DNA of 64,000 nt from Octopus sinensis (GCF_006345805.1 NC_043005.1:66030001-66094000); one strand, 5' to 3'. Counted from the first letter of the stretch, positions 38,630 to 53,370 are shown. Notes: generated by a model not told the origin, from the sequence alone. Numbers and translations are program-made.

Positions 38630-39205
38630 TTACTACTATAGGCCCAAGGCCCGACATTTTTTTGGGGGAGGGGGACCAGTCGATTAAATCGCCCCCCAGT
38701 ACACAACTGGTACTTAATCAATCGACTCCGAAAGTATGAAAGGCAAAGTCAACCTAGGCGGAATTTGAACTCAGAACGTAAAGACAGACGAAATATCACT
38801 AAGTATTTCGCCCGGCATGCGAAATAAAGAAAATAATCTTTTCTACTCTAGGCACAAGGCTCGAAATTTTGGGGGAGGGGGCCAGTCGATTAGATCGACC
38901 CAGTACGCTGATGGCACTTAATTTATCGACCCCGAAAGGATGAAAGGCAAAGTCGACCTCGGCGGGATTTGAACTCAGAATGTAACGGCAGACGAAATAC
39001 CTATTTCTTTACTACCCACAAGGGGCTAAACACAGAGAGAACAAACAACGACAGACAAACGGATTAAGTCGATTATATCGACCCTAGTGCGTAACTGGTA
39101 CTTAATTTATCGACCCCGAAAGGATGAAAGGCAAAGTCGACCTCGGCGGAATTTGAACTCAGAACGTAACGGCAGACGAAATACCGCTCAGCATTTCACC
39201 CGGCG
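38630..39205 (-). mobile_element. Three tandem SINE family A units
   Basis: Repeated GATGAAAGGCAAAGTCGACCTCGGCGG; dimer junction at 38993-39010. Confidence 0.92.
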
Positions 39206-39649
39206 ACAAAGTTCTATACCGTTTCTGTCTACCCAATTTCATTCATAATGTATGGATTGACCTGCTATCACCCCCACCCCCACGCACCACATACACACAT
39301 ACAAACATGCATACACATATTTGTATCGCTATGTAAATATCAATGTTATTTTGTTTCCATCTGTTGTCTGAAAGACCACGTAAATTTGAGTTTCCTGCGT
39401 CTGAAAAAATGTCAGGCTGATATGCAAACTTGTTTGCGTTTTTTTAATTTCATGTTAGACGAAATGTCTGTTCTTAGTTTCTTTTATAATCTCCAGGCAT
39501 TATTAGTTTCATTCGATGCCATTAAGAATCAGGTAGAACCAAATAAAAAACAAAAAAAGGTTACTAAAATGTTCAAATAAATTCAACTTGGCTTGTAAAA
39601 TAGTCATGCATGTAAAAATATTAATCCAACGTATCATGAAATATTGATT

Positions 39650-39870
39650 TCAAATTTTGGCACAAGGCCAGCAATTTCGTGGGAGGGGTAAGCCGATTAC
39701 ATCGACCCCTAGTACTCAACTCGTACTTTTGCGGGAAGGGAATAGTCGATGACATCGATCCCAATGTTTCACTAGTACTTAATTTATCGACCCCGAAAGG
39801 ATAAAAGCAAAGCCGACCTCGGCGGAATTTGAACTCAGAACGGAGCGACGATTCTGCCAGCTCGCCGTCT
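39650..39870 (-). mobile_element. SINE family A
   Basis: Ends GCCAGCTCGCCGTCTTC (head on the minus strand). Confidence 0.85.
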
Positions 39871-39875
39871 TCTGC

Positions 39876-39927
<52 letters not shown>

Positions 39928-40050
39928 CCTTTCTACTATAAGCACAAGGCCTGAAACTTCGTGGGAGAAGCAACAACAACAACAACAACAACAACAATAC
40001 AACAATGATTTAAAATAATAACAATAACAATAATAACAATAATAATAATA

Positions 40051-40087
<37 letters not shown>

Positions 40088-40088
<1 letters not shown>

Positions 40089-40279
40089 TCGAAAAATACC
40101 TTAGGAATGAGAACCCAAGTTCGAAATTTCCCGAAAACACCCGAATAAGGCTGGAGGGTATATCAGCCGAAACGTTGTGTTAACAACAAACAAGATGAGG
40201 ACAAATATCCGTCGAATGTAAATATTGTAAATAATATAAATAATGTACGGAATTCCTCATCTCTTAAATATAGAACTGT
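40088..40279 (+). mobile_element. Short hammerhead-bearing repeat (family H2) with an (AAC)n/(AAT)n tract, splitting an older family A SINE
   Basis: Family A tail at ~39927-39968 and body at ~40280-40430 lie on either side. Confidence 0.75.
40136..40181 (+). ncRNA. Hammerhead-like motif (H2 copy 2), stems intact, core mutated
   Basis: AACAC-CCGAATA-A-GGCTG-GAGGGTATAT-CAGCC-GAAAC-GTT-GTGTT. Confidence 0.55.
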
Positions 40280-40707
40280 ACTTGACTGGTACTTTTACAT
40301 TTTCGACTCCGAAAAGTTGGAAGGTAAAGCTGACCTTGCTAGGATTTGACCTCAGAATGTAAATCGATAGAACAAACACAGCAAACTATTTTTTCAATGT
40401 CTTACGATCCTGCAAGTTTGCTGCATTAATAAAGGCATTCTAACCATGATCGTCCCATATGATGTATGTTTAGGATGACGTCACAATGCGCACTAATTAA
40501 CCCATAGCTGGGTTCCTGACAAGTCCTACTATTCCGGGTCAGAGTAGACCTGAGAACAATAGCGGCTAAGGGGGTTTGCCTACTTGCGCACGGGAAAACT
40601 GGATCCAGCGTACTCTGCAGTAGAAACCTCCATGGATTAGCGGAAGTGACTGCGGCTGCACCAACGCTTTATGGAAGGCGGAGAGCAAGATGAGGCAAAT
40701 AAGATAC

Positions 40708-41034
40708 CTTTACTCTTTTACTTGTTTCAGTCATTTGTCTGCGGCCATGCTGGAGCACCGCCTTTAGTCGAGCAAATCGACCCCAGGACTTATTCTTTGT
40801 AAGCCTAGAACTTGTTCTATCGGTCCCTTTTGCCGAACCGCTAGGTTATGGGGACGTAAACACACATACATACATATATACGACGGGCTTCTTTCAGTTT
40901 CCGTCTACCAAATCCACTCACAAGGCTATATAGTAGAAGACACTTGCCCAAGGTGCTACACACGCAGTGGGACTGAACCCGGAACCATATGATTGGTAAA
41001 CAAGCTACTTACCACACAACCAGTCCTGCGCCTA
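40708..41034 (-). mobile_element. SINE family B, near full length with an internal deletion
   Basis: Tail CTTTACTCTTTTACTTGTTTCAG and head ...GCGCCTATA. Confidence 0.9.
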
Positions 41035-41459
41035 TATGGTCATCCTCTGCACTCATTTCCATCTCCAGTCGTCTCGATATCGTCTTGGCACTGGATTAAA
41101 GATGGTCACGGACGAGAGAAAGAGAGAGTGAGGCTGACGGTGCGCAACTCTTTTCACTTTAAACAAAGCCACCGCGCCACTCCTCAGTCACCCTTAAGGA
41201 TCTCTAGATGGTCCTCGGTGCTCCAACGGACGAACATGCCATTACGCCCTTCCTCTAAGACATTTGGGTGTTTATTTGAGAAAGAATTGGATAGTTATTT
41301 CTATCAGATTGTGCAATTACATAGAGGTTTAAAGGAAGACTTATTGAAGGAAAGATAAAGAGAGTAAAACTGATGGGATCTTAAAACTTAGGGTACATGG
41401 TTCAAATCTCGTCAGTTGCACCGGGTTCTCTTTCATGGTTCATTATTATATCACTTGTT

Positions 41460-41905
41460 TTAGTTTTCCAAAACAATACAAAACAACTCAACACAACATG
41501 CTGGCATAACATAACACAACACAAAACGAAACAATAAAACAAAACAATAGAATACAACAAAAGAAAACAAGTCTAAAAAAGCAAGACAACAAAAACAAAA
41601 CAAGTCAATATAAAATAACAATAAAATAAAAGACAAATAAAACACTTCAAAACAAGACAACATAACAAAATTAGACAGCAGAGCAAAACAAATCAACAAG
41701 AATCCAACACCACAAAACAAGACATTATAATAAGCAACAAAACAACAACAACAACAGACAATACAACGCAGCAAAGCAAAAACAACAACAACAAAACAAA
41801 ACACAAAAACAAGGCAACCCACGTGACAACACGACATCAAGACCAGACGACAGCTATGATAATGACGACGACGACGACGATGACGATGACGATAACGACG
41901 ACAAT
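41460..41905. repeat. Low-complexity A/C-rich (ACAA/AAC) tract followed by (GAC/GAT)n
   Basis: Seen directly in the sequence. Confidence 0.85.
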
Positions 41906-42049
41906 AATAATGTATCGTTTGTTTGAAAATAGACTGAAATAATAAAAAGATCTGAAGAAAGTAGTTTGTGGCAAGTTAATCTTGGAGTGAGTCTCCACAG
42001 GAAACAAATATACTCAGGAAATCAATCCATTCGGATCAAGGAAAATAAT

Positions 42050-42826
42050 ACTGTGTGATGTATGTGTGTGTGCGTGTGTGTGTATGTGTGTGTATAAGTG
42101 CGTGTGTGTGTCTGTAAGAGAGTGTGTGTGTGTGTGCGCGCGTGTGTGTGTCCGTAAGAGTGTGTGTGTGAGAGTGTGTGTATAAGTGTGTGTGTGTGAG
42201 AGTGTGTGTGTGTGTATGTGAGAGTGTGTGTGTCTGCGCGTGTGTGTATAAGTGCGTGCTTGTGTCTGTAGGAGTGTGTATGTGAGAGTGTGTGTGTCTG
42301 CGCGCGTGTGTGTGTGAGTGTGTGTGTGTATGTGTCTGCGCGCGTGTGTAGTTCATTCAGCGATACATACAGATGCATATATGCATATACGCTTATCTGT
42401 TTATTTAGATATACGCACACACATATACAAATACACGCACGTACGCGCACACACACATATACACACATACATAAAAGCACACGTAGACGCATGTACACGT
42501 ACACGCGCGCACACGTACACGCACGAACACGTATACACACACACACATACCTGCACACACGTCTAGACCCATACATATTCAGACATAAGTACACATACCT
42601 AAGCATAACCTGCCACACACCGTACGCACATGCAACCACACACACACACGTGCGCTCGCGCACATTTTAAAGAGAAATTCACACAAATACAAACGTTTAT
42701 ACACATGAATATATATATTATTACAGACATATGTGGTTATAAACACATAGATATATGTGGATGCATGCCGCCTCATCCATCCATACATGTTTATATGTAT
42801 ATATGTATATGTATGCTAATATGTAT

Positions 42827-42860
<34 letters not shown>

Positions 42861-42861
42861 A

Positions 42862-42904
<43 letters not shown>

Positions 42905-42960
42905 ATATAAATATATATATATGTATGTATGTATATATAAATATATATATAAATAAATAT
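42050..42960. repeat. Compound (TG)n then (CA)n then (TA)n microsatellite block
   Basis: Seen directly in the sequence. Confidence 0.9.
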
Positions 42961-43490
42961 AGGGATGGTATTATTAAAATACCATCACAAGTGGTAAGTA
43001 AATTATTAGCCGTACAGGCAAATTAATAAAATATATACATACAATATTAGATATGTACATATATACAGAAGGGTACTACATGAGTACCTATATCGCTAAT
43101 TATAGAAGACAAAAAATACTTCTGTACTACCGAAAAGTCACAAATCTATTACAGACAAGGGGAAGTATACACCACATTGGCTACTTCCTCTGTTCTCTCA
43201 GTTCAGCCTTTCTGCTAATCCCAACAGGTCAGTAAAAACATATTCTCGCCTTGTACTTAAAATATTCTGAGATGTATAAAAAAGCCATTCTAATTTTTGC
43301 TGTCAAAAGGCTGTAATATATATACCGAAGATTGTATATATATACATGTAATGTGACAATTGCGACAACCAATAATTACGCAACCAATTCCCAATAATAT
43401 ATTTGTTTTATCCTTTTCTGCCAAATTTTCCCAAACATTCTCATCACACTATTGAACTTCTCTGTTACCAAACACCATATCTATACATGT

Positions 43491-43710
43491 AATGTGACAA
43501 TTATATACAAAAAAACATTTTTGAATTCATAATATCCAATGTGACAATTATGTAAAAACCTTTTTGAATGCATAATACTCAATGTGACAATATGTAAAAA
43601 CCTTTTTGAATGCATAATACAATGTGACAATTATGTAAAAACCTTTTTGAATGCATAATACTCAATGTGACAATTATGTAAAAAACTTTTTTTGAACCCA
43701 TATTATTCAA
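43491..43710. repeat. 40-47 bp minisatellite, about 5 copies (AATGTGACAATTATGTAAAAACCTTTTTGAATGCATAATACTC)
   Basis: Unit starts at 43491, 43538, 43581, 43621 and 43664. Confidence 0.95.
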
Positions 43711-43726
43711 TGTTTCCTTAAATGTA

Positions 43727-43767
43727 ACTTTTGACAATCTTTTACCAAAGAGTGAAACCGGTTAAGT
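43727..43767 (+). ncRNA. Degenerate hammerhead-like motif
   Basis: ACTT-TTGACAA-TCTTTTACCAAAGAGT-GAAACCGGTT-AAGT: stem I ACTT/AAGT and palindromic ACCGGT stem III; core decayed. Confidence 0.4.
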
Positions 43768-44334
43768 AAATAAACATCGTTTAAATTGCATTTTCAAACC
43801 TTTTTTCTTATATATATATATACATACACACATATATACAGATAACAAGCTACCTAGATATATAGATAGACGGAAACAAATGCACACACACACACACACA
43901 CATCCACATATAAGGAATAGCACAACACACTAACACACAATCACGAAATACAGAGAATACGACACTCACTCATACACACACCACTCACACACACGCACAC
44001 ACATACACATACGCGCACGCGCTATTTAGTCTACGTACAAAGGCCTAAAACTAATCTCATATCATATTGCTTTCCTTTTTTTTGCTTTAGCTTTCCTTTA
44101 TATTTATTGTTTAAAATGTTTTTGTTCTTTTTTATTATATTCATTTTTATCTGTTATCCTGCTTATGTGTTTCTTTCATTCTGGTTTTTTTTTTTTATTA
44201 AAATTTCTTTTTTTTTTTCCCCTTCTGCTCACATTTTCTTGTTTTCCCCGTTCCTGGTTCTTGTTTTTTGCAAATCAATCTACATCTTTTTTATGTTCAT
44301 AAGCCGCCTTCATACACCCACCTCTAGGTGAACA

Positions 44335-44970
<636 letters not shown>

Positions 44971-45402
44971 TGAGACATTGTCAATCAAATGAGAGGCGAA
45001 ACTCCGATTAGTGTTCTAGTTTTCGGCTGAAATAAATATAATTATCCATAGTCTTACAGAGTCATTTTAAGCTGATGTTATTAGTTCCAACAAAACAATA
45101 ATTATCATAACTCACATACACCCACACGTTCGCTAGCACACACACATACACACACATACACGCACACATACATACACACACGCATACACACACACACTTG
45201 TTCATCTTTCGTTTTCGAAGATAGCACAAACATATCTCTCAAAAATCGTTGGCACTTCTTTAAGAGCGTCAGCAGCGGAGGCAGCATACGTGCGACTACT
45301 TCCTGACTATACTATTGGCAACACGCGCCCTCAACAGCGAGGGAAACTACTACAAAAGCAACGGTATTTCATTGTCACAAATGCACGATATATGCCGAAG
45401 GG

Positions 45403-45635
45403 ACAAGGCGGCGAGCTGGCAGAAACGTTAGCACGCCGGGTGAAATGTTTAGCGGTATTTCGTCTGCCGCTACGTTCTGAGTTCAAATTCCGCTGAGGTC
45501 GACTTTGCCTTTCATCCTTTCGGGGTCAATTAAATAAGTACCAGTTACGCACTGGGGTCGATGTAATCGACTTACTCCCTTTGTCTGTCCTTGTTTGTCC
45601 TCTCTATGTTTAGCCCTTGTGGGCAATAAACAAAT
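45403..45635 (+). mobile_element. Young SINE family A monomer with 15-bp target-site duplication
   Basis: ATATATGCCGAAGGG at 45388-45402 and 45636-45650. Confidence 0.95.
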
Positions 45636-47814
45636 ATATATGCCGAAGGGGCGATTGTAATGAAAGATTAGCTGTTTGTGGTTTCAAGAAATTTCACTTC
45701 TGACTTGCGCTGAACTTGAAACATAGAGAAGAAGGGCTCTGTCCTCCCCGATCTCTTGGACCAGTGATAAATTGAAGGCTATACCAAAGGTACGATGGGA
45801 TCTATGAACAGTCTATGAGCAATCTATGCGTTTCGCCGTACTCTGAATTATGAAAAAGCAAAGCGTGTCTGTTGAATTCAGAATTGTAAGCCAATAAAGC
45901 CCTCGTTGCAAGCATTGGAGAGGTGTCATTTCCAAATGCTTAGAGCAGTAATTTGGTCTCATCTATGAGTATTTCATCTATGGTGCAGTGTACGAACTAT
46001 CAATCTCTCTGTTGGTTGTCCGGTACTCTAACGAACATTCGCATTTAAGAATATAAGTCACAGTTATTAAGTAGTGCAAGGCAATATATTAGTACCCAAT
46101 TAGCTATTTTTTTCTGACGAAGGTATTCCTAAGTGGAACATATTCTCAGTCGTTTTCTCAAGTTGCCAAATTTACCACTCGTATTTATCTCCCTTACCTT
46201 TCTTGAGCGAAATTAAATGATTAATCCAGTGTTTTTAAATTATTTTGATTTCGTTGGCGCACTGTTGATAAAATAACAAAGGTTACTAGCATATTGGTAA
46301 AAAAAAAGAAAAGAAAACAAGGCTTGCTGTGTTATAAGAAACTTGATCTCTAATCGTATGCTTCGGGTTCAGTCCCACAGCATGGTACCCTCGGCAAGTG
46401 TCTTCTACTATAGCCCTGGGTTGAATATTTACTGTTGAAATAGTTGTGTAACTGTGTGCTATACACGGTATTATAAGGTTTAAGTCAATTTAGATTCGAA
46501 AATCGTGCTGCGCCTTAGACATTGTAGCATGTTAAACACACAGGCATTTACGATAAGGATTTTATTGAAATGAAATCTCTACAAGAAAGAAGGAAAGAAA
46601 GAAAGAAAGAAAGGAATGTAATCACTATTGAACGTTCTTTTCTCAAAAGTTGCTTCCTTGCTGAAGATTACAGCGGAATATAAATGTAGCATCGGCTGGC
46701 GATATCTAATGTATTAGCACACACTTAACTATTTCTTTTTCATGCAAATATCGTCCATGGGTATTTTCTCTCAGTAACTCTCGCAAGGACTATATAACCT
46801 GGCGCTCGGCCATTCCTTCTAAACCACGCCGTCCAGATTTATCAAAATTTATCTACGTTTCAAGATACAAACTGACAAGAAAGCAAATGAAGGCCAAAGA
46901 AATCTTCAGTCGGTACAGAGTTAAGAATTCTGCCAAATCCTTATTTATCGAGGTTTCTATATTCTAACATCTTATTTTAGTTAATACTGTCGTGTCGTAT
47001 CCTCTAGTCTAATTCAGATTATTGCATGTGCAAGCTAGAAAAGGAATCCTTCCAAAGTTTGTATTATTGCCTAAGTAAATTGCAGGGTGAGGGTGGTTTT
47101 TCAATATAAAGAATAGATATATAAAATGCTCTCAGCCAGTTGGTGAAGATTCTGAAGAACCTTTAAGCGAAACGGGCAGAATAATTTAATTAATAGCTAC
47201 GAATGATAATTTGCAACTTAAGGTTTGGCAACGTTACAGCACGCCACAACTTTCAGTTTGCTAAAAATCCAAGCAAGGTCACTAGCATCCATGTATTTCA
47301 GTTATAAAATTTGAGAGTTGACTTTCAGTTAACTGTTAATTAACTGACGCTACAACTGAAGTAATTATATTTCGCCACGATCATTAGCATGGAATCAACT
47401 TTTGAGTTAAGGAACATTCTAGAATAAATCGATTACTTTAATAGGTTAGGATGATTTTATCTATTTATTTATTTATTTTTCATTTCTTATTTTCCTCTAG
47501 AGATTTCATTTCATGTCAGTATTAGCGTATAACTACCAACACTTACGTTAGTGTATGTGGACAAACATTAGTATATGCATGTATGTGAGTGTATGCGTGT
47601 GTGTGTATGTTGTTTGTGTGTGTGTGTGTGAGAGCATGTATGTATGTGTATGTGCACTCATATGCATGTATATATAAATATATATATATATATACATACA
47701 CATATATTATATATATATACGTATATATGTATATAAATATATATATATATGTGTATGTGTGAGTGTACGTATATGAGTGTATATATATATATGTGTGTGT
47801 GTGTGTGCGTGTAT

Positions 47815-48030
47815 ATTCTTTTATGCTTTTGCTTGTTTTAGTCATTTGACTGCAGTCATACTGGAACTCTGCCTTTAGTCGAACAAGCCGACATCAGGAG
47901 TTATTCTTTGCAAGCCTAGTGCTTATTCTATCGGTTTCTTTTGCCGAACCACTAAATTACGGGAATGTAAACACACCAACATCGGTTGTCAAGCGATGGT
48001 AGGGGGAATAACACAGACACAAAAAAAGAA
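47815..48030 (-). mobile_element. SINE family B 3' part, diverged
   Basis: Homology to the family B tail. Confidence 0.8.
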
Positions 48031-48918
48031 AAAAAAACACACAAACCATTGCAAACGTAAATAAGAAATTTGTAGGCAAATTTAATAAATTGTACAGATT
48101 GCAGTGAAATTTATAAAGCTACTTCTGTCAGCAAATAATGAATGAAATTCATCAGTAATTGTGAACTTCCTTGTGTCGGTAATTTGTCGTTGTTGTTTGT
48201 AAATAGTAACTGGAAACTTACAGTGAAAACAATAGCGATTGAACTTAAAGTGAAAACAATGGCATCTGAAAAATGAAAGTGAAAACAATAGAGAGTGAGT
48301 GAGATATAGAGAGAGGGAGAGAGAGAGCTAGTCAGACAAATAAGATAGATATAGATAGATAAGATATAGACAGATAGATACAGAAAGATAGACAGATATA
48401 AAGATAGAGATGGATATAGAGATATAGAGATATATAGAGATAGAGATAGATAGAGAGAGATAGATAGAGTGATATAGATAGAGAGATTTAGACGTCACTG
48501 ACGCGAGAAAACCGGAAGTAAACATAAAAAAAAACTTTCAAAGACGTAAATCTAATATAAAAAGCAATATTTAAAAATTTTTCAATGACCAATGGACGTA
48601 AGGGAGACAATCAATTTCTGAAAATTACTTTGCAAAGAGTTACCTCCCTTTCTCCACGTAACCGTAGGAACGGGTATTTTCTGCCTCCATGGGCCCCGTT
48701 ACTCATTATGTGAAAAGTTATAAGAGTCTAAAACCATCCCTGGAACATAAGTAATGTATATTGGAGAAAATCAGTTGAAAAATACACACACACACACACA
48801 CACAGAGGAAGAGACAGAAGAATTGGTAAAAAGATATAGAATAAGTGGGTGCAAAAGTGAAGGAGAAAAGATGCATATATATATACCTATGCATCTATCT
48901 ATCTATCTGTCTATCTAT

Positions 48919-48961
<43 letters not shown>

Positions 48962-49902
48962 AAAAGAGAGATAGAAGAAGTGGTAAAAGGATTTAGAATA
49001 AGTGGAAGCAAAAGTGAAGGAGAAAAAGTGCATTTATATACCTATGCATCTATCTATCTATTATCTGTCTGTTTGTTCGTCTATGTTTATTTGTCTATCT
49101 AGGAGAGAGAGAGAGAGAGAGAGAGAGAAAGAAAGCGGGAAAGAGAGGTAAAGAGATATAGAATAAGAGGGAGCAAGTAGAAGAGCATAAAAAGCATATA
49201 TGTACATTATCTATCTATCTATCTGCACAGCCAATGTTTAAAACATATACACTCACACACGCGCGCGCGCATTTCTTTACCTCTATATTTGCTTATTACA
49301 TTAAGTACAAAACTATTGCTATTGACTATGCGCTGTTAATTCGTTTAAGAAGTACATACACAGAGCTGGATGCTGAACAATTGTTTCAATGTTGGCAGTT
49401 CTTATTCAGATACTTATGCCCGTGTGTCATATTTTCTGACAACTGAATTGAATGTATTTGAATGTATTATCAGGAAAAGGTTTCTTTTAGAACTGACACA
49501 TATAAATGCGCGTGCTCACACACACACCAGCACGCACACACACACACACACATACGCATGCACACATACACACGCACCACGCAGATGCGTGCGCACACGT
49601 ACATACAAGCTAAAAAGAACTACATCGCCTCTAAGCTCAAACTCCTATACCTTCTTTTTCTTAAATACAGCGAGCTGGCAGCCAAAATGCGCGTCGGACA
49701 AAATGCTAAGCGGCGTCTGTCCCAACTCTTTACGTTCTTGAGCTCAAATCTCTCTCAGATCAATTTTGTTTTTCATTCTTTCGGAATCGATAAAATTCTA
49801 GTACTGGAGTCGATGATTTCGACTTCATCCTACCCTCAAAACTGGTGTTCTTGTACCAAAATTAGAAATTATGGTAGGCTGCAAACTGGCAGAGATTGGA
49901 TA

Positions 49903-49944
<42 letters not shown>

Positions 49945-50069
49945 GTTGTTATTATTATTATATACAGGACTCTGCTCGTGGATTTCAAAGAGGTAGGGTG
50001 TGTGTTCGTGAGCTGTAAGTTTTTGTTCAATTTTTACAGATAATATTGTTGTATCTGAAAATTTTTTTA

Positions 50070-51418
50070 CGACATTTCTGTGGCCAGGTCGACTGGGCTC
50101 TTGCTGAGCTGAGTGGTTAGGCGGGACTTTAATCCCTTTTGGGGCGAATTTTCAATTTAAATTCTCCATTTTTTAAATTTTAAAATTTGCAAAATGTCCT
50201 TGGAGAAGAGTGTCAGCTCTTCCTTTCTTTTTGATTCTCCCTCCTCTGCTATCGGAAAACAGCCAAAAATTTTTTTAATTAATTGTCTCCGCCCTCTCCG
50301 CACCTTAAAAGACAGAGAGAGGGACGACCAAAGTCTTGCTAGCACGTGCAACGCTGAGCAACAAAAGAAAATGAAAAGAAACGCGAGAAAGAAGAGGAAA
50401 AGAGCAAGGAAATTCAGCTAATGGACGCTGCTAGCGTTGCATCACCTCTGAATCCAAGCCCTCCCACTACCCCCACTAACACATTGAACACTCAACAACA
50501 ACAACAATAACAACCCAATGCATTAAACAGCCGAGGTTTTGCCTTAATGGCAAAGCCTAGAAATGAATTCATTAATGTTTCTGCAGAATCTCTCAAAGAT
50601 TACGGAAGCATGTTAAAAAGAAAAAGCGAAAGATGTGTTTCGACAAAAACACCTCCAGGTATTATAGACAATACAAACAAACGTACCATAGTGTACAAAA
50701 CTATATCTTTAAAAAGTAGACGTTCAGAAACTGCCACAAAACAAGCAGTTGAAAAATGCTTGTATCCCATTTGGAAAGGTGTAACATTTCTGTCGAGGGG
50801 TAAGAAATATGGCACAATTGAAGTCAGATTTGCTACAGAAGACGTAACAAAACAGCACTCAAAAACCCAGCTGAGAAACAGTGAACTTTTCCTAGTTCCA
50901 ACATACTTGGGACGGCGCGTCGCCAAGATAAAAATACTGGAGATACTACCAGAAATGAACGCTTGCTGGATTGTCGCAGCCGTCCTCCTCAACTTGGAAG
51001 ATAAAATCAGAATCATCCAAGTCGAGAAACAAGGGAAAAAAAAAGCAAAATACAAACAACTGGACTGGTCAGGAATTGTAAATAATGGTCCAAATAAACC
51101 AAAACGTTTTGGAACAAATTCCTGACCAACTCAACCTTCCAGAAGGCATTATGCTGAACGTCACATTTGAGGGCAGAAGGCCAAGATGTTATCAATGTGG
51201 ACAGAATAACCACCTGAAAGCTTTCTGCCCACAACTAAAACAGAAGTAAGGCACTACCCCTTGATACAAGCACCACCTACACCACAACAAATGAAGCAAT
51301 CCCAACTACAGAAGCAACTCCAACAAGAGAAGAAACCCCACAGAGAGGGCTTCAATAAACACATCACCACCAGCACCACCTCCACCACCTCCAGCAGCAC
51401 CACCACCAACAACAACTT
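50070..51418 (+). mobile_element. 5' end of a LINE: putative 5'UTR and frameshifted gag-like ORF1 with a CCHC zinc knuckle
   Basis: ORF 50547-51125, continuing in another frame as VTFEGRRPRCYQCGQNNHLKAFCP (C-x2-C-x4-H-x4-C at 51187-51228). No ORF2 follows. The 5' boundary is approximate. Confidence 0.75.
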
Positions 51419-51529
51419 GCTTAAGAACATAACATACAGCCGGTCCAGGAATCGAACTCACTACCATATGATTGTAAGCCCGACGATCTAGCCACTGAAC
51501 CATGCGCCTTCTTGCGTGATACTATGATT

Positions 51530-53370
51530 TAATATTACAAAATACACGACGTAAACGGTAATGAAGTGTTTTTTTTAGTTTGTTTTGACTTGGTTAAGCT
51601 TTTAAGGTTTGGAGTTAATTTAGTTACAGAGGAGAGTAGAGAATTCTTCAGGTTTGAACAAGTCATGTTTTCATTAGTTTTATGGATAAAAAATGTCGGT
51701 TCACATCTGTACGTCGTTCTGAGATGACAGGTATAAATGCGGGAAAATTTTCTTAGAAATGCATTAACAGGGTAAATGATTGTCAGAAATTCATCATGTC
51801 AAGAACATTTGAGTGGAGTTTCATTTTTAATAATGAATTTGTTTTTAACTCAACAAATTACATTTGTAGCCATTTTCATAATTATTTTGCACGAAGTAAA
51901 AATAGGTTTATGAATCTGAAAGTGCAAACTCATTTAGCAAGATTACAAAAATGACTTTCAAATGACTTGCAGCAATCTGATTTTTTCGCCCTAGTTTATA
52001 AAAATTGCCATTATCACCAGAACATTTACTCTTTTATTTATCATCATGGTAAATAGCTGAGAGATAAACAGTTTTACCTCTAAATGTTTCAAGGTGAATG
52101 CATTCATATCATTTACTAAACTAGGAAACAATTTGTTCTTGCTCTGCGGCTTCAGGTTTAGGTAATTGAGATGACTGGTCACATCAACTAAATAGCCAAT
52201 TGTTATTACATAAAATTGTTCTTTCTTTGGACAGTTCATTTTTCTCTTCTAGAAAATTATGAACAGTGTATTTCAATTTCCAAAATCTATTCAGAATCTG
52301 TCCTCCAGCAAAACTGCACATTTCAAGATTGCTGTGTTCCAAATTTAACATTTTGTAATATTAGCTGAATTTTCTCCCGCTAAATGCTTTTGTTCTAATT
52401 TTACTCACTCATTTCAAGATCGTTAACATAGCATTCGACAAGATTAAAGTTTTTTTTCCCAGATAATAGCTCTTGAAATATAATGCTGTGGTATTTTAGA
52501 AGAAGCAGTTAAGAAAAAATATTTAAACCAAGTTGTAGCCCCACGGCTTCATCGGCTATCGGCAGAATTCTTTCAGTATAAAACCTAACAAATTTATTGG
52601 AAATGTAAATTTTCTAAAAATGGCTTTACTTTGTGAAACAATTAAAAACCAATAAGTTCTTCAAAACTGTAAAATTGCCATACATTCCTCTATAAAAGTG
52701 CTTATCGGGAGTCTATATCACGTATATCGTCAGATTCAGTCAAAAATTATGAAAATAAAACCAAATATGAAAAAAAGCTTTTCAGATATTCATAGACATC
52801 ACAAGAGATATCTTCTGTGAGTTTCCTAACTGCTTTGACAGATTAATTTCTTTTGATATTTTAATCATTAAGCTATCTTGCTTACATTTGGATACAAGAT
52901 GTAACAATTTCTTTTTCACCACAAAAGTTTTCGTTTTACTTTTTTTTTGATCAACGGTAATGAAATTTCGAGGAATGTTTCTTTCAAAGCCAAATTTCCA
53001 CAATTTATTTCAATAAAGATATATAATATATAAATATATTATGCCTTGTTTTGATTTCTTGTTTCATCCTTACATCGTTTCTGTAATTCAGACACAAACA
53101 CTGGCTTTAGTTCCCTTTCTATTTTTTGGTCTGGTATGATTTGTAACTCTTATTGAGATCATGTTTTCTATTACGTGATAAATCATTTTCATAAAATGGG
53201 TTTTCTGAAGGACAAACCATAAAAGCCTTCGTTTTCAACTGTTCATTGGATTCACGCTTACTATTGCTTTCTATTTTTAAAAAGATATTTTTGATCCACT
53301 ATGATGGTAAAATATAAACTTTTTTAAAAAACTTTAATGTTCGAAAGAAGTACAAACCTGCACCTATTCT
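51530..53370 (-). mobile_element. Heavily degraded hAT transposase (GTF2IRD2/EPM2AIP1-like type)
   Basis: Minus strand: ILNRFWKLKYTVHNFLEEKNEL, LVDVTSHLNYLNLK.Q.KNKLFPSLVND.NAF, and C-terminal TTYRCE (51695-51718). Boundaries approximate. Confidence 0.78.

Noticed and set aside
43491-43710. CRISPR-like regular repeats
   Set aside because: The units are contiguous with no unique spacers, there are no cas genes, and the context is eukaryotic.
49370-50043. 193-aa and 123-aa ORFs
   Set aside because: They span a (CA)n tract, a decayed family A SINE and a (TTA)n tract; no real domain.
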